Positions 35,791 to 45,991 of a stretch of 64,000 nucleotides of DNA are shown piece after piece. Positions within the stretch are counted from its first letter, which is position 1, and each line of letters opens with the position of its first letter. The translations under genes and the position numbers were made by a program. This DNA is from an uncultured Bacilli bacterium (GTDB taxonomy: Bacteria > Bacillota_I > Bacilli_A > RF39 > UBA660): the NCBI GenBank assembly GCA_947629165.1, contig CANRCR010000001.1, forward strand, positions 86,246 through 150,245, in the 5' to 3' direction. The notes under the pieces are model-generated. The model saw nothing but the letters and a program-made list of their open reading frames with translations. It ran no database searches and was not told the DNA's origin.

Positions 35791-38436
35791 ATGAAAAAGG
35801 TAATTTTAATCGATGGAAATAACATCTTATTTCGAAGTTATTATGCCACCGCCTACAGTGGTAGCAATTTAAAAAATTCGAAAGGGTTTCCAACGAATGC
35901 ACTTTATGGATTTATCAATATGCTCAACAAAATTTTGAATGAAGAAAAACCGGAATACGTTATGATTGCTTTTGATAAAGGAAAAACTTTTCGCCATGAA
36001 AAGTATCCGGATTATAAAGGAGGAAGAGGTGCTACTCCCGAAGAGTTATTGCTGCAATTCCCTGTTGCCAAGCAGTTGACGGAAGCGATGGGAATGACTT
36101 ATGTCGAGACGGATTTGTACGAGGCCGATGATATTATTGGAACGTATGCTAAACGAATTGAAGAGGATGATCAATTTATTGGAACGATTATCAGTAGTGA
36201 TAAAGATTTATTACAATTAATATCGGATGAAATCGATGTAAAACTTTTAAAACAGGTCGGTTTTGTTCGAATGAATGTAGCTTCGTTTCGGGAAACCTAT
36301 GGCGTGGATCCTATTCGAATGATTGATTTAAAAGCCTTAATGGGAGACTCGAGTGATAATATTCCCGGGGTCAAAGGAATCGGTGAAAAGACCGCTATTT
36401 CACTTTTAAAAACGTATGACAATGTCGATAATTTATACGATCATATCGATGAGATAAAAGGAAAAGTACAAGAAAAATTAATTCTCGGAAAAGATTCTTG
36501 TTACATGAGTAAAGATTTAGCAACGATATATCGCGAAGTACCTATCGATACGGATTTAGAAAAAATTGCTTATCGTGGTATTGACCCTTTAAAGTACATT
36601 GCTTTATTAGAAGATTTGGAGTTTTATTCTCTAATTAAAAAAATTGATATTCCAAAAGATTTGATTCAGGAAGAAGAAAAGAAGCCGGAAGAGGATTCTC
36701 TTTCCGTTCAAATGATAAATGATAAAAAGGCGTTAGAAGCATTAAAATTAGATGAACCTTTTGCTTTTTATCTTGAAATATTAGGAAATAATTATCATCG
36801 TGATAAGAAGTTGGGATTTGGAATATATAATTCGAAAGTTCAAGCTTTTATTCCTTTTTCAGTACTTGCTAGTTGTCCTCATTTTTTTGATACTGCGGTC
36901 GATAAATATACGTATGATTTGAAAAAGATATTAGTTCCTTTTCTATATGCCAATTATACGATTAATGGAAATGTTTTCGATACGATGATTGCTGCTTATC
37001 TTTTAAATAAAAATATCAAAGATGATGTTTCTTATTTAGCTAATCAGATGCATTATTCGATTCCTTTTTATGAAGAAGTGTTTGGAACAAGTAATGTCAA
37101 TAGCCGCTTAAAAGAACCGGAATTAGAAGTGGTTGCTCAATTAGCCGTTCAAAAAGCTAAATTTATTTATGAGACACATGATTCTTTCGTCGAAGAATTA
37201 AAACAAGAAGAAGCCTATCCGCTTTTTGAAAAAATTGAGATGCCTTTAACTTATGTTTTGGCAGATATGGAGTATACCGGTATTTTAGTTGATCAACCTT
37301 ATTTGAAAACGATGAGTGAAGAATTAAAACAACAGATGGATGCTATCGAAAAAGAAATATTTACGCTAGCGGGATCCGAATTTAATTTGATGAGTCCTAA
37401 ACAATTGGGAGATGTTCTTTTTGACCAGTTAAAAATACCGTATCCTAAAAAGATTAATCAAGGACAACGTTATTTGACCAATAAAGAAATATTAGAAAAG
37501 TTAGCTCCTTCTTATCCGATTGTACAAAAGGTGCTCGAATACCGAACGGTTTCAAAGCTTTATACGACTTATGCCATCGGTTTGATGAATGAAATTCATG
37601 CCGATGGACGTATTCATACGATTTATACGCAGACGCTTACTCGAACAGGAAGACTTTCTTCTATTAATCCTAACTTACAAAATATTCCAGTACGGCTCGA
37701 ATATGGTCGTCTTATTCGTAAGGCCTTTATTCCATCGCCGGGTTGTTTCTTATTATCGAGCGACTATTCCCAAATCGAGTTACGGATGTTTGCCCATATG
37801 GCCCATGCAACTAATTTAATCGAAGCATTCCGAGAAGGAAAAGACATTCATATGAAGACTGCCATGGATATCTTTCATGTCCGTGAAGACCAAGTTACAA
37901 AGGATATGCGTCGTAGTGCTAAGGCTGTCAATTTTGGAATCTTGTATGGAATTAGCAGTTTCGGTTTAAGTGAAGATTTAGGTATCGATATTGCTAGTGC
38001 GAAAAATTTTATTAACGATTATTTGAATACGTATCCAGGAATTCGTGAATATATGAATGAAGTAATCGAGAAAGCCCACAAGTTGGGTTACGTTAAAACG
38101 ATTATGAATCGTAAGCGAACGATCGAAGAACTTCATAATAAGAACTATATGATTCGTAGTCAAGGAGAACGTATGGCATTAAATACACCGGTGCAAGGAA
38201 GTGCTGCCGACTTGTTAAAGAAAGCGATGATTGAAATTTTCGACGCGTTTAACGAAAAAGGTTTAAAAAGTAAAATGCTTTTACAAGTTCATGACGAATT
38301 AGTCTTTGATGTCGTACAAGAAGAAGCGGATGTAGTAAAACAAATTGTACAAGATATCATGGAAAATACGTATCAATTAGATGTTCCTCTCAAAGTTGAT
38401 ATTGAGACTGGAAGTAACTGGTACGAAGCGAAGTAG
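35791..38436 (+). CDS. polA: DNA polymerase I
   Basis: 881 aa. 5'-3' exonuclease N-terminal domain, 3'-5' exonuclease-like domain, and polymerase motifs (RRSAKAVNFGILYG; QVHDELVF). Confidence 0.95.
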   Translation: MKKVILIDGNNILFRSYYATAYSGSNLKNSKGFPTNALYGFINMLNKILNEEKPEYVMIAFDKGKTFRHEKYPDYKGGRGATPEELLLQFPVAKQLTEAMGMTYVETDLYEADDIIGTYAKRIEEDDQFIGTIISSDKDLLQLISDEIDVKLLKQVGFVRMNVASFRETYGVDPIRMIDLKALMGDSSDNIPGVKGIGEKTAISLLKTYDNVDNLYDHIDEIKGKVQEKLILGKDSCYMSKDLATIYREVPIDTDLEKIAYRGIDPLKYIALLEDLEFYSLIKKIDIPKDLIQEEEKKPEEDSLSVQMINDKKALEALKLDEPFAFYLEILGNNYHRDKKLGFGIYNSKVQAFIPFSVLASCPHFFDTAVDKYTYDLKKILVPFLYANYTINGNVFDTMIAAYLLNKNIKDDVSYLANQMHYSIPFYEEVFGTSNVNSRLKEPELEVVAQLAVQKAKFIYETHDSFVEELKQEEAYPLFEKIEMPLTYVLADMEYTGILVDQPYLKTMSEELKQQMDAIEKEIFTLAGSEFNLMSPKQLGDVLFDQLKIPYPKKINQGQRYLTNKEILEKLAPSYPIVQKVLEYRTVSKLYTTYAIGLMNEIHADGRIHTIYTQTLTRTGRLSSINPNLQNIPVRLEYGRLIRKAFIPSPGCFLLSSDYSQIELRMFAHMAHATNLIEAFREGKDIHMKTAMDIFHVREDQVTKDMRRSAKAVNFGILYGISSFGLSEDLGIDIASAKNFINDYLNTYPGIREYMNEVIEKAHKLGYVKTIMNRKRTIEELHNKNYMIRSQGERMALNTPVQGSAADLLKKAMIEIFDAFNEKGLKSKMLLQVHDELVFDVVQEEADVVKQIVQDIMENTYQLDVPLKVDIETGSNWYEAK

Positions 38437-38447
38437 AGGAGAATTTT

Positions 38448-39263
38448 ATGCCAGAAAAACCCGAAGTAATTACGGTTGCTAAATGTTTGGAACCGAAGAT
38501 TGTTGGAAGAACAATCGAACAAGTTCAAGTGTATTGGGATAATATCATTGCTTCTCCTTCGGTCGAACAATTTCAAAAACAACTATTACATCAAAAAATA
38601 ACGTCTATTTCGACGCGTGGCAAATGGATTTTAGTGTTTCTTTCGCAAGATTTATTACTCATTCATTTACGGATGGAAGGAAAATTCTTTTTCCGTAAAG
38701 AAGGAACTGTTCGCAATAAACACGAACATGTTGTGTTTACTTTAGATAATGGAATCGAGTGGCGTTTCCACGACGTTCGTAAATTTGGAAAGATGTGGCT
38801 TCTTCCAAAAGAAAATGCTTTTTTGGAAAAACCACTTTGTGATTTAGGACTCGAGTATGACGACGTTCATTTGACAGGGCAATATCTTTACGAAAAAATA
38901 CATGATCGTTCATTACCAATTAAAACGGTTTTACTCGATCAGTCGATTATCGCTGGAATCGGTAATATTTACGACGACGAAATCTTGTTTTTAAGTAAAA
39001 TTCGTCCTGCGACGAAAGCTCGACGCATTTCCAAAAAACAATGTGAATCACTCGTCATACATACCAAAGAAATATTAGATCGAGCCGTGTCTTTAGGAGG
39101 AACTACGATTCGTTCTTTCTCTTCAGAAGAAGGGGTTCACGGCTTATTTCAAAATGAATTATGTATTCACGGACAAAAAATATGTCCTCTCTGTCACGGA
39201 CCTGTTAAGAAGATTGTGGTCGGAGGAAGAGGAACTTATTACTGTCCGGTTTGTCAAAAATAA
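38448..39263 (+). CDS. mutM: Formamidopyrimidine-DNA glycosylase
   Basis: N-terminal MPEKPEV (catalytic Pro2/Glu), H2TH, C-terminal zinc finger CPLC...CPVC. Confidence 0.9.
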   Translation: MPEKPEVITVAKCLEPKIVGRTIEQVQVYWDNIIASPSVEQFQKQLLHQKITSISTRGKWILVFLSQDLLLIHLRMEGKFFFRKEGTVRNKHEHVVFTLDNGIEWRFHDVRKFGKMWLLPKENAFLEKPLCDLGLEYDDVHLTGQYLYEKIHDRSLPIKTVLLDQSIIAGIGNIYDDEILFLSKIRPATKARRISKKQCESLVIHTKEILDRAVSLGGTTIRSFSSEEGVHGLFQNELCIHGQKICPLCHGPVKKIVVGGRGTYYCPVCQK

Positions 39264-39284
39264 AAAAGTAAGAAGAGGTGTATT

Positions 39285-40688
39285 ATGAAAAAAACAAAAA
39301 TTATTTGTAGTATTGGTCCCGCATCGGATCGTTGGGAAGTTTTTAGTGGATTAGTGAAAGCTGGAATGAATGTGGCACGAATTAATTTTTCTCATGCGAC
39401 GGAAGAGGAGACTGCGAATGTTATTCAACTTGTTGAACGTGCCAATCAAGAATTACATGCCAATGTCGGTATTTTATACGATACGAAAGGACCAGATTTA
39501 AGAACGGGAGCATTCGCTCAAGACGAAATCGAATTGGTTGCAGGAAAAACGATTCGAATTGTCGAAACAGAAATAGTTGGAACGAACGAAGCATTTTCTT
39601 TAAACTATCGAGGAATATTATCTAAACTTTCGGTTGGAAATTCTATTTTACTCGATGATGGTTTTTATAAATTAAAAGTTATTTCTAAAGAAGAAGATGG
39701 CGTTACCTGTGAGATATTAAATTCCGGTAAAATAAAGAGTCATCGTGGAGTATGTATTCCTGGCGTTAAACTAGATTTACCTTTCTTGTCGGAAAAGGAT
39801 GAGGAAGATATTCGGTATGCCTGTACGCACGATGGGGACTTTTTAGCCTTATCTTTTGTTAATACCAAAGAAGATGTTTTATCGGCTCGCGCTCTATGCG
39901 AAAAGTATGGTCGAGGAGATATGACAATTATTTCGAAGATCGAGAGTCAATATGCCATTGATAATTTGCAAGAAATTATCGATGTTTCCGACTATCTTAT
40001 GGTTGCAAGAGGTGATTTAGGAATTGAAACAGGCATTGAAAATCTTCCTATTTACCAACAAAAAATGATTGATTTATGTCATGCTAATGGTGTCGGCGTC
40101 ATCATGGCTACCCAAATGATGTACAGTATGAAAAATAGTATTCGTCCAACGAATGCCGAAGTGACTGATGTGGCCAATGCCATTTTAGCTGGATGTGATG
40201 CGATTATGACGAGTGATGAAACAACGATTGGAAATTATCCTATCGAGACCGTTCAGGTTATGACTTCGATTGCCGAAAAGGTGGAACCGATTACTAAATA
40301 TAATTTAAGTGATTACAAACTTCGGGGAACAGAAATTCATAATACGATTGCTGAATGTGCTGTTAAAGCTACGACATCGCTTCCAATTCAAGCTGTCGTC
40401 GTATCTACTTTAACGGGTAAGACGGCCCTTGATATGGCGTCTCTTCGTCCTAATGCCATTATTGTTGCTACTGTGACGAATGAACGAGTAGCTCGAAGCC
40501 TATCGCTTAAATGGGGAATATATCCGCAACTCGTTCCATTACTCGACGATACCGATAGTATTGTGCGTGTCGGTACGATTGTAGCCAAAGATGTACTTCA
40601 TTTAAATCCATCCGATTTGATTGTTCTCATTGGAGGATTTCCTACCGAAGCCCATACTAACTTCATGAAAATAGAAGAAATTAAATAA
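39285..40688 (+). CDS. pyk: Pyruvate kinase
   Basis: MKKTKIICSIGPAS...MNVARINFSH...DTKGPDLRTG, 467 aa. Confidence 0.85.
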   Translation: MKKTKIICSIGPASDRWEVFSGLVKAGMNVARINFSHATEEETANVIQLVERANQELHANVGILYDTKGPDLRTGAFAQDEIELVAGKTIRIVETEIVGTNEAFSLNYRGILSKLSVGNSILLDDGFYKLKVISKEEDGVTCEILNSGKIKSHRGVCIPGVKLDLPFLSEKDEEDIRYACTHDGDFLALSFVNTKEDVLSARALCEKYGRGDMTIISKIESQYAIDNLQEIIDVSDYLMVARGDLGIETGIENLPIYQQKMIDLCHANGVGVIMATQMMYSMKNSIRPTNAEVTDVANAILAGCDAIMTSDETTIGNYPIETVQVMTSIAEKVEPITKYNLSDYKLRGTEIHNTIAECAVKATTSLPIQAVVVSTLTGKTALDMASLRPNAIIVATVTNERVARSLSLKWGIYPQLVPLLDDTDSIVRVGTIVAKDVLHLNPSDLIVLIGGFPTEAHTNFMKIEEIK

Positions 40689-40695
40689 AAAAAGA

Positions 40696-41853
40696 TCAAG
40701 ACTTTAACGGAGGAGTTTGATATTCCATTCGCGTTAATTGTTCTTGATCTTTTTTATCGAAACAAGTCGCGTAAATAGACGTTACTTGTTTTTCTTTTTG
40801 TAAAAGTGCATCCGCTTTTTTAAATTTGGTAATGAGAGGTAAAGTCATCTCTTTTTTTCTTTTATTTAATTCTTTTCTTCCTTGGGTACTAAAGCCTAGA
40901 ATACGAATATAGGGAACTTCTTTCCACCTCTTCGCTTCCTCTTTGGTAAACCCACATAAGATATGAGTAGCCATGCGACCGATTCGAGCATAGGTGTAAC
41001 GTTTGGATTTTACTTGCGCTACAAATTCTTCATAACTATGTACTTGGTCGATAATTTTTTCAATTCGTTTTTCAATTCCTTCTTCAACTGTTTGAAATTG
41101 GTCGAGATGATTTCGATTTACTTGAATTTGATATTTTAAGAAAGGAAAATAATCTTCCATCGTCGGTAATTTTTTCTTTAAATAAGGTAGTACCAAAGTA
41201 GGTACAACATCATTGATCTTGTTGCCTTTTTTTAAAGCTTGTCTAATACTGGTTGCGCTGGCTACCGCTTGGGTTATTTCGGTATCGTGATATTCTGTAG
41301 TCCGTTTGATACAGATGGGAGTAATTGCGGCATTTTGTCTTTTAATTTCACGAATGTAACTGAGCCCTAGAATATCGTTCGGTTCTTGAATCGTCCGATT
41401 TCCATTATTTTTTAAAGCATTTGCTAAGGCAGTTGGATAATTATTTCCTTTTTTTAATTCTTTTTTAATTTCTTCTTGATAGTCATTTGTCAATTGTACC
41501 TCGGCTAAATTAACTAGTTTTTTAATATCGTTGGATTCACTTCCAAATACTAAGTAATCTACTTTTAATTCTTTTAGAATTGTAATTGCCCCTTTGGCAA
41601 AAATATCGGCACTTTGCGTAGCAAACGGGAAGGGGAGTTCTACTACTAAATCCACTCCATAATGAAGCGCAATTTCCGTCTTGTCCCATTTATTTAAAAT
41701 ACTGGGGATTCCTCGCTCGGTAAAATGACCGGATAAAACAAGCACAATCAAACTATCAGGGAACCTTTTTTTAACTTGTTCTAAATGATAAAGATGTCCA
41801 TTATGGAAAGGATTGTATTCTGCAATAATACCTACTTTTTTCATTTTTTTCAC
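40696..41853 (-). CDS. tmcAL: tRNA(Met) cytidine acetate ligase (UPF0348/YlbM family nucleotidyltransferase)
   Basis: N-terminus GIIAEYNPFHNGHLYHL (HxGH nucleotidyltransferase motif), about 385 aa, YlbM-like. Confidence 0.75.
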   Translation of the reverse strand: MKKMKKVGIIAEYNPFHNGHLYHLEQVKKRFPDSLIVLVLSGHFTERGIPSILNKWDKTEIALHYGVDLVVELPFPFATQSADIFAKGAITILKELKVDYLVFGSESNDIKKLVNLAEVQLTNDYQEEIKKELKKGNNYPTALANALKNNGNRTIQEPNDILGLSYIREIKRQNAAITPICIKRTTEYHDTEITQAVASATSIRQALKKGNKINDVVPTLVLPYLKKKLPTMEDYFPFLKYQIQVNRNHLDQFQTVEEGIEKRIEKIIDQVHSYEEFVAQVKSKRYTYARIGRMATHILCGFTKEEAKRWKEVPYIRILGFSTQGRKELNKRKKEMTLPLITKFKKADALLQKEKQVTSIYATCFDKKDQEQLTRMEYQTPPLKS

Positions 41854-41952
41854 CTAGCGATATCATATCACAAAATAATGATTAAGCAAGTGTTTCGTTG
41901 ACTTTCCTTGCTTCTTATGATAAAATAAGGCTCTCATAAAAGGGGAGTTTTT

Positions 41953-42816
41953 ATGAATCATTTCGAGGATTATGAAAACAAATTAAGGACACTTTTGGCT
42001 AATTCAAAACAGCATCAAACACAAATGATTAATCGTCTCATGAATCAGGTCTTTATTACCCAACAAAGAGGATCGATGGACGATTTATCTTATTTACATC
42101 AAATACAGTTAGAAGAAGCTCCTTACGATGATTTAGCAAGTATTTATTACGTTTGTATGCAATGTGGCGATGATGATTTTTATCAAGAAGTCATTTCGCG
42201 TCTTTCTGGAGGACCTATTATTTATAATTATTTGCAAGATCATACACAAATTCGACCAGATACCCCTAAGACGAATTATATGCGTAATAATCATTTTTTG
42301 TATGCGCCTCATATCAAAGCATTTAAATTTCGTGAGCAACGTATTCAAATTAGTACTACGCTCGGACCGATTTCCTATTACCAAGCGAGTGATCGTTATT
42401 TACAGGATAATTTTGCTCTTAAAAATGCGGTTTTAAATGAACGTATTAAAGATGGCAATTATCGTTGTCATGAATTATCTTTAGATTTCATTCGAACGTA
42501 TCCTTCTAAAGCCGTTACTGGTCTTATCTCTAATACGGGCGGATGTTATTTTCACAGTTGGGTGGAGCAACGTAATTTTTGTATCGATATCGCTCATAAT
42601 TTAGTGCTTAAACGGGATGACTTTTATCGTTTATGTCAACCGGTGGTTTGGCATACTTTAAGTACCGAAGAAGCCGATAAGATGCAGTTGGAACCCTATA
42701 TCGAAATTTCGGTTGCAGGGAAAACTTATCATTATTTTTCACTCTATGCTTTAGCTTTATTAAGACATTATTCTCATAAAGATTTAGCGGAGGTAACTAA
42801 ACACAAAGTGAAATAA
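41953..42816 (+). CDS. Hypothetical protein (287 aa)
   Basis: Intact ORF with RBS aaaggggag. No family recognised. Confidence 0.5.
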   Translation: MNHFEDYENKLRTLLANSKQHQTQMINRLMNQVFITQQRGSMDDLSYLHQIQLEEAPYDDLASIYYVCMQCGDDDFYQEVISRLSGGPIIYNYLQDHTQIRPDTPKTNYMRNNHFLYAPHIKAFKFREQRIQISTTLGPISYYQASDRYLQDNFALKNAVLNERIKDGNYRCHELSLDFIRTYPSKAVTGLISNTGGCYFHSWVEQRNFCIDIAHNLVLKRDDFYRLCQPVVWHTLSTEEADKMQLEPYIEISVAGKTYHYFSLYALALLRHYSHKDLAEVTKHKVK

Positions 42817-42875
42817 TTCTTTTTCTTGCAATTTCCTAGAATATTATGTATAATGTTAGTGCCGGTGGTGATAAG

Positions 42876-43340
42876 ATGCTTGATTTAACTGCTTTAAATA
42901 GTCACGTTGTCGAACGAATTGACCTCGATGAAGAAGTAACTTTATCGGAAGATTATTATCGAGATACGGAAGTTTTAAAATTATCTCCTATTCAGGTAAA
43001 GGGATCAATTTATAAAGATAGCAATGATCAGAACGTGATTGATTTGGTTGCCAATGGAACCATGTGGATTCAAGATGCAATCAGTCTTGAAGAGGTGTCT
43101 TATCCATTTTCATTCGAACTTACGGAAGAATCTTTAGAAACCGAAGAAAGTAATCAAAATAGTCTTGATTTTCCAACACTTTTATGGCAAAATATTGTTT
43201 TAGAGATTCCATTAAAGTTTACCGAAGTGGATGATTTTAGTGAATTTCAAGGGACTGGCTGGAAATTATTAAGCGAGGATGAACTAAAGAATAATCAAAA
43301 TCCTTTTAATGATCTCTTGAGTAAATTTGGAGAGGAGTGA
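42876..43340 (+). CDS. yceD: YceD/DUF177 family protein (23S rRNA accumulation protein, rpmF operon)
   Basis: Acidic DUF177-like protein immediately upstream of rpmF. Start moved to the ATG at 42876 behind ggtggtga; the ORF-track ATG at 42846 lies inside the TTGCAA-17-TATAAT promoter. Confidence 0.7.
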   Translation: MLDLTALNSHVVERIDLDEEVTLSEDYYRDTEVLKLSPIQVKGSIYKDSNDQNVIDLVANGTMWIQDAISLEEVSYPFSFELTEESLETEESNQNSLDFPTLLWQNIVLEIPLKFTEVDDFSEFQGTGWKLLSEDELKNNQNPFNDLLSKFGEE

Positions 43341-43344
43341 TAAA

Positions 43345-43554
43345 ATGTTAAAATTAAACATTCAATTATTTGCGGTACCATTCCATCGTGTATCAAAAAC
43401 TAGAAAGAGAATGAGAAGAGCACACAATGCTTTAACCGCGAACGGAACGGTAAAATGCCCAAATTGTGGTGAAGCAATTCGTCCTCATAGAGTTTGTGCA
43501 AAATGTGGTTACTACAAAGGTAAAGAAGTTGTAGCCGTTAAGAACGAAGACTAA
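43345..43554 (+). CDS. rpmF: 50S ribosomal protein L32
   Basis: ...[21 protein letters not shown]...CPNCGE...[15 protein letters not shown] matches L32 with its Cys4 ribbon. ATG at 43345 behind GGAGAGGAG gives a 9-aa N-terminal extension (MLKLNIQLF). Confidence 0.8.
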   Translation: MLKLNIQLFAVPFHRVSKTRKRMRRAHNALTANGTVKCPNCGEAIRPHRVCAKCGYYKGKEVVAVKNED

Positions 43555-43566
43555 TCGTTCTTTTTT

Positions 43567-43575
43567 TTCGACAAA
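43567..43575. promoter_or_regulatory. Spo0A-box-like 9-mer TTCGACAAA upstream of spoIIGA
   Basis: Exact reverse complement of the 0A box TTTGTCGAA, about 35 bp upstream of the spoIIGA start. The B. subtilis spoIIG promoter is Spo0A~P-activated. Confidence 0.45.
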
Positions 43576-43607
43576 TTATTGATCTTTTTTTTATTACAAT
43601 AGAACGG

Positions 43608-44399
43608 GTGAGTTTAGTGAAAATATATATCGATCTCGTTCTTTTTTTGAACTTTGCTTTTGATTTCTTCTTGTTATTAGCCGTATCTTATCTTTTGAAA
43701 AGACGCACTAAAATTCGTCGCCTTTTTTTAGGCGCGTTGGTGGGAAGTAGTAGCCTGCTAGCATTATTCTTATCTTTTAATTCTTTTACTTTATTTCTTT
43801 TTAAAATCGGAATCAGTGTTTTCATGATTCTTAGTACTTTTGGATTTCATAACCGAGCTACTTTCTTTAAAAATTTTATTTATCTTTACTTTGTCAGTAT
43901 ATTGCTAGGCGGGGGAATGTATCTTTTAAATATCCAATTTAGTTATAAAAACGAAGGTCTTATTTTTTTCTATCAGGGAATAAGTATCAATTTTTTACTT
44001 TTATTTCTTTTGGGACCTATCTTACTTTATTACTATGTAAAAGAAATCCATCATTTGCCATTCCATCGCTCGGTTTATCATTCGGTTACCCTTTATTTTT
44101 CTTCAAAAAAAATTCTTACATTACAAGGTTATTTAGATACAGGTAATCAGTTGTATGATCCTTATCATCATCGACCTATCTTGTTGGTTTCAAGTGCGTT
44201 TTTACATATTCCTTACGAAAAAGCGATTTTAGTTCCTTATGAAACCGTACAAGGAAAAGGAGTACTTCGATGTCGTAAAATTAAAAAAATGGTTATCGAT
44301 GAAGAAAATGTTTTTAAAAATGTATTAATTGCGCAAAGTAATAAAGAATTTCATTTACATGGAGCTGAGGTAATAATTCATCCGGATTTTATGAAGTAG
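43608..44399 (+). CDS. spoIIGA: Sporulation sigma-E processing aspartic protease SpoIIGA
   Basis: N-terminal five-helix membrane domain (KIYIDLVLFLNFAFDFFLLLAV...LGALVGS) and catalytic DTGN motif (YLDTGNQLYDP), 263 aa. Confidence 0.85.
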   Translation: MSLVKIYIDLVLFLNFAFDFFLLLAVSYLLKRRTKIRRLFLGALVGSSSLLALFLSFNSFTLFLFKIGISVFMILSTFGFHNRATFFKNFIYLYFVSILLGGGMYLLNIQFSYKNEGLIFFYQGISINFLLLFLLGPILLYYYVKEIHHLPFHRSVYHSVTLYFSSKKILTLQGYLDTGNQLYDPYHHRPILLVSSAFLHIPYEKAILVPYETVQGKGVLRCRKIKKMVIDEENVFKNVLIAQSNKEFHLHGAEVIIHPDFMK

Positions 44400-44406
44400 T
44401 CTTTCT

Positions 44407-44415
44407 TTCGACAAA
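44407..44415. promoter_or_regulatory. Second TTCGACAAA Spo0A-box-like 9-mer between spoIIGA and sigE
   Basis: Exact 9-mer, 8 bp after the spoIIGA stop. Confidence 0.35.
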
Positions 44416-44485
44416 ATAAAAGTAACGGTTTCTTTATAATATATTTATCATGTTTGACATAAGATGAATTAAAGGAGGGACATTC

Positions 44486-45175
44486 ATGATTACTTTATGG
44501 TTGTTCGTTAGTAAGTTGATGGAAAAAATTAATGTTTTATTCTATGTAGGAGCAACGGATGTTCTGCCTGAACCTTTATCGAAAGAGGAAGAAGAATATT
44601 ATCTTACCATGGCGGAAGATGGCGATTTATTTGCCCGTGATAAACTAATCGAGCATAATCTTCGACTCGTCGTTTTTCTTGCAAAGAAGTACGATAATAC
44701 CCGAGTCGATTTAGAAGATTTGGTGAGTATTGGTACCATCGGTTTGATTAAAGGTATCAAAACGTATCAGATGGATAAGAATATTAAACTGGCCACTTAT
44801 GCTTCCCGTTGTATCGACAATGAAATTTTAATGTATTTAAGAAAAAATAAAAAGGTTCGAACGGAAGTTAGTTTTGATGAATCTTTAAGTTTTGATCCAG
44901 ATGGAAATGAACTTCATTTAGAAGATATTTTAGGAACGGATGCCGATATTGTAACGCGGGGATTAGAAGAAGAAACCGAACGCGATTTAATGATGCAAGA
45001 AATTAATAAACTCGATTCGCGCGATCAAGAAATTATTAAATTACGTTACGGACTAGATGGTAAAGAAGAAATGACTCAAAAAGATGTGGCCGATCTATTA
45101 GGTATCAGTCAATCTTATATTTCACGTATTGAAAAAAAGGTCATTAAGCGATTAAAAAGTGTCGTCAAGTGTTAA
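44486..45175 (+). CDS. sigE: RNA polymerase sporulation sigma factor E precursor (pro-sigma-E)
   Basis: Pro-sequence plus YVGATDVLPEPLSKEEEEYYL...LIEHNLRLVVFLAKKY matches pro-sigma-E. Regions 2-4 are present. Confidence 0.85.
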   Translation: MITLWLFVSKLMEKINVLFYVGATDVLPEPLSKEEEEYYLTMAEDGDLFARDKLIEHNLRLVVFLAKKYDNTRVDLEDLVSIGTIGLIKGIKTYQMDKNIKLATYASRCIDNEILMYLRKNKKVRTEVSFDESLSFDPDGNELHLEDILGTDADIVTRGLEEETERDLMMQEINKLDSRDQEIIKLRYGLDGKEEMTQKDVADLLGISQSYISRIEKKVIKRLKSVVKC

Positions 45176-45275
45176 AAAAATAACTTTTTAATAAGTTGTT
45201 TTTTTATTGGCATAAAATTTTAGAAAGACTCGTTCGTTTTAAAAATCTATGTTATACTTTCTTTAGGTGAAGTTT

Positions 45276-45986
45276 ATGCAACGTTATTTTGTTACGAAGA
45301 AGAAAGATGATATTTTTTCTTTTTCGACAGAAGATAATCATCATATTAAAAATGTTATGCGCATGGAAATAGGGGAATGTGTCGAAATTGTCTATGAAAA
45401 TAATCTTTACCGGGCACATATTATTTCATTAGAACCGGTGCAAGCTCAAATTGCGGAAGAAGTACCTTCGAAGGATGCTATGAAGCCCTATATTACGCTT
45501 GCACAAGCACTGGTCAAAGAACAAAAGATGGATTTTATCTTGCAAAAGACGACGGAATTAGGAATCGATGAGATTATTCCTTTGACTACTGTGCGATCGG
45601 TGGTTAAAACTAATGATAAGACCTGTCAAAAAGTTGTTCGATGGCAACGTATTGTAAAAGAAGCAAGCGAACAATCGAAGCGGACAAGCATTCCCAAAGT
45701 TAATCTACCGAAATCGGTAAAAGAGGTCGCTTTACTCGATTACGATTTGAAAATTCTTTGTACTGTAAATGAGTTGTCAAAAAATTTAAATAAGGTATTA
45801 TCAAACCTTTCTAAGCGTGCTAGAATATTATTTGTAATAGGGGCGGAAGGTGGCTTTACAAAGGAAGAAGAGCAATATTTTCTTGACCACGGTTTTGTCT
45901 CTTGTTCGTTAGGTTCACTTGTTTTAAGAACCGAAACCGCATCCCTTTATGTAATGAGTGTTATCCAATTTTTATTGTCGAGGTGA
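45276..45986 (+). CDS. rsmE: 16S rRNA (uracil1498-N3)-methyltransferase RsmE
   Basis: MQRYFV... start and SPOUT-class fold. Start taken at the ATG at 45276 behind aggtga. Confidence 0.75.
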   Translation: MQRYFVTKKKDDIFSFSTEDNHHIKNVMRMEIGECVEIVYENNLYRAHIISLEPVQAQIAEEVPSKDAMKPYITLAQALVKEQKMDFILQKTTELGIDEIIPLTTVRSVVKTNDKTCQKVVRWQRIVKEASEQSKRTSIPKVNLPKSVKEVALLDYDLKILCTVNELSKNLNKVLSNLSKRARILFVIGAEGGFTKEEEQYFLDHGFVSCSLGSLVLRTETASLYVMSVIQFLLSR

Positions 45987-45991
45987 AGTCT

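Noticed and set aside
42846-42875. ORF-track start of yceD at 42846
   Set aside because: That ATG is part of the -10 TATAAT of a TTGCAA-17-TATAAT promoter. The RBS-supported start is 42876.
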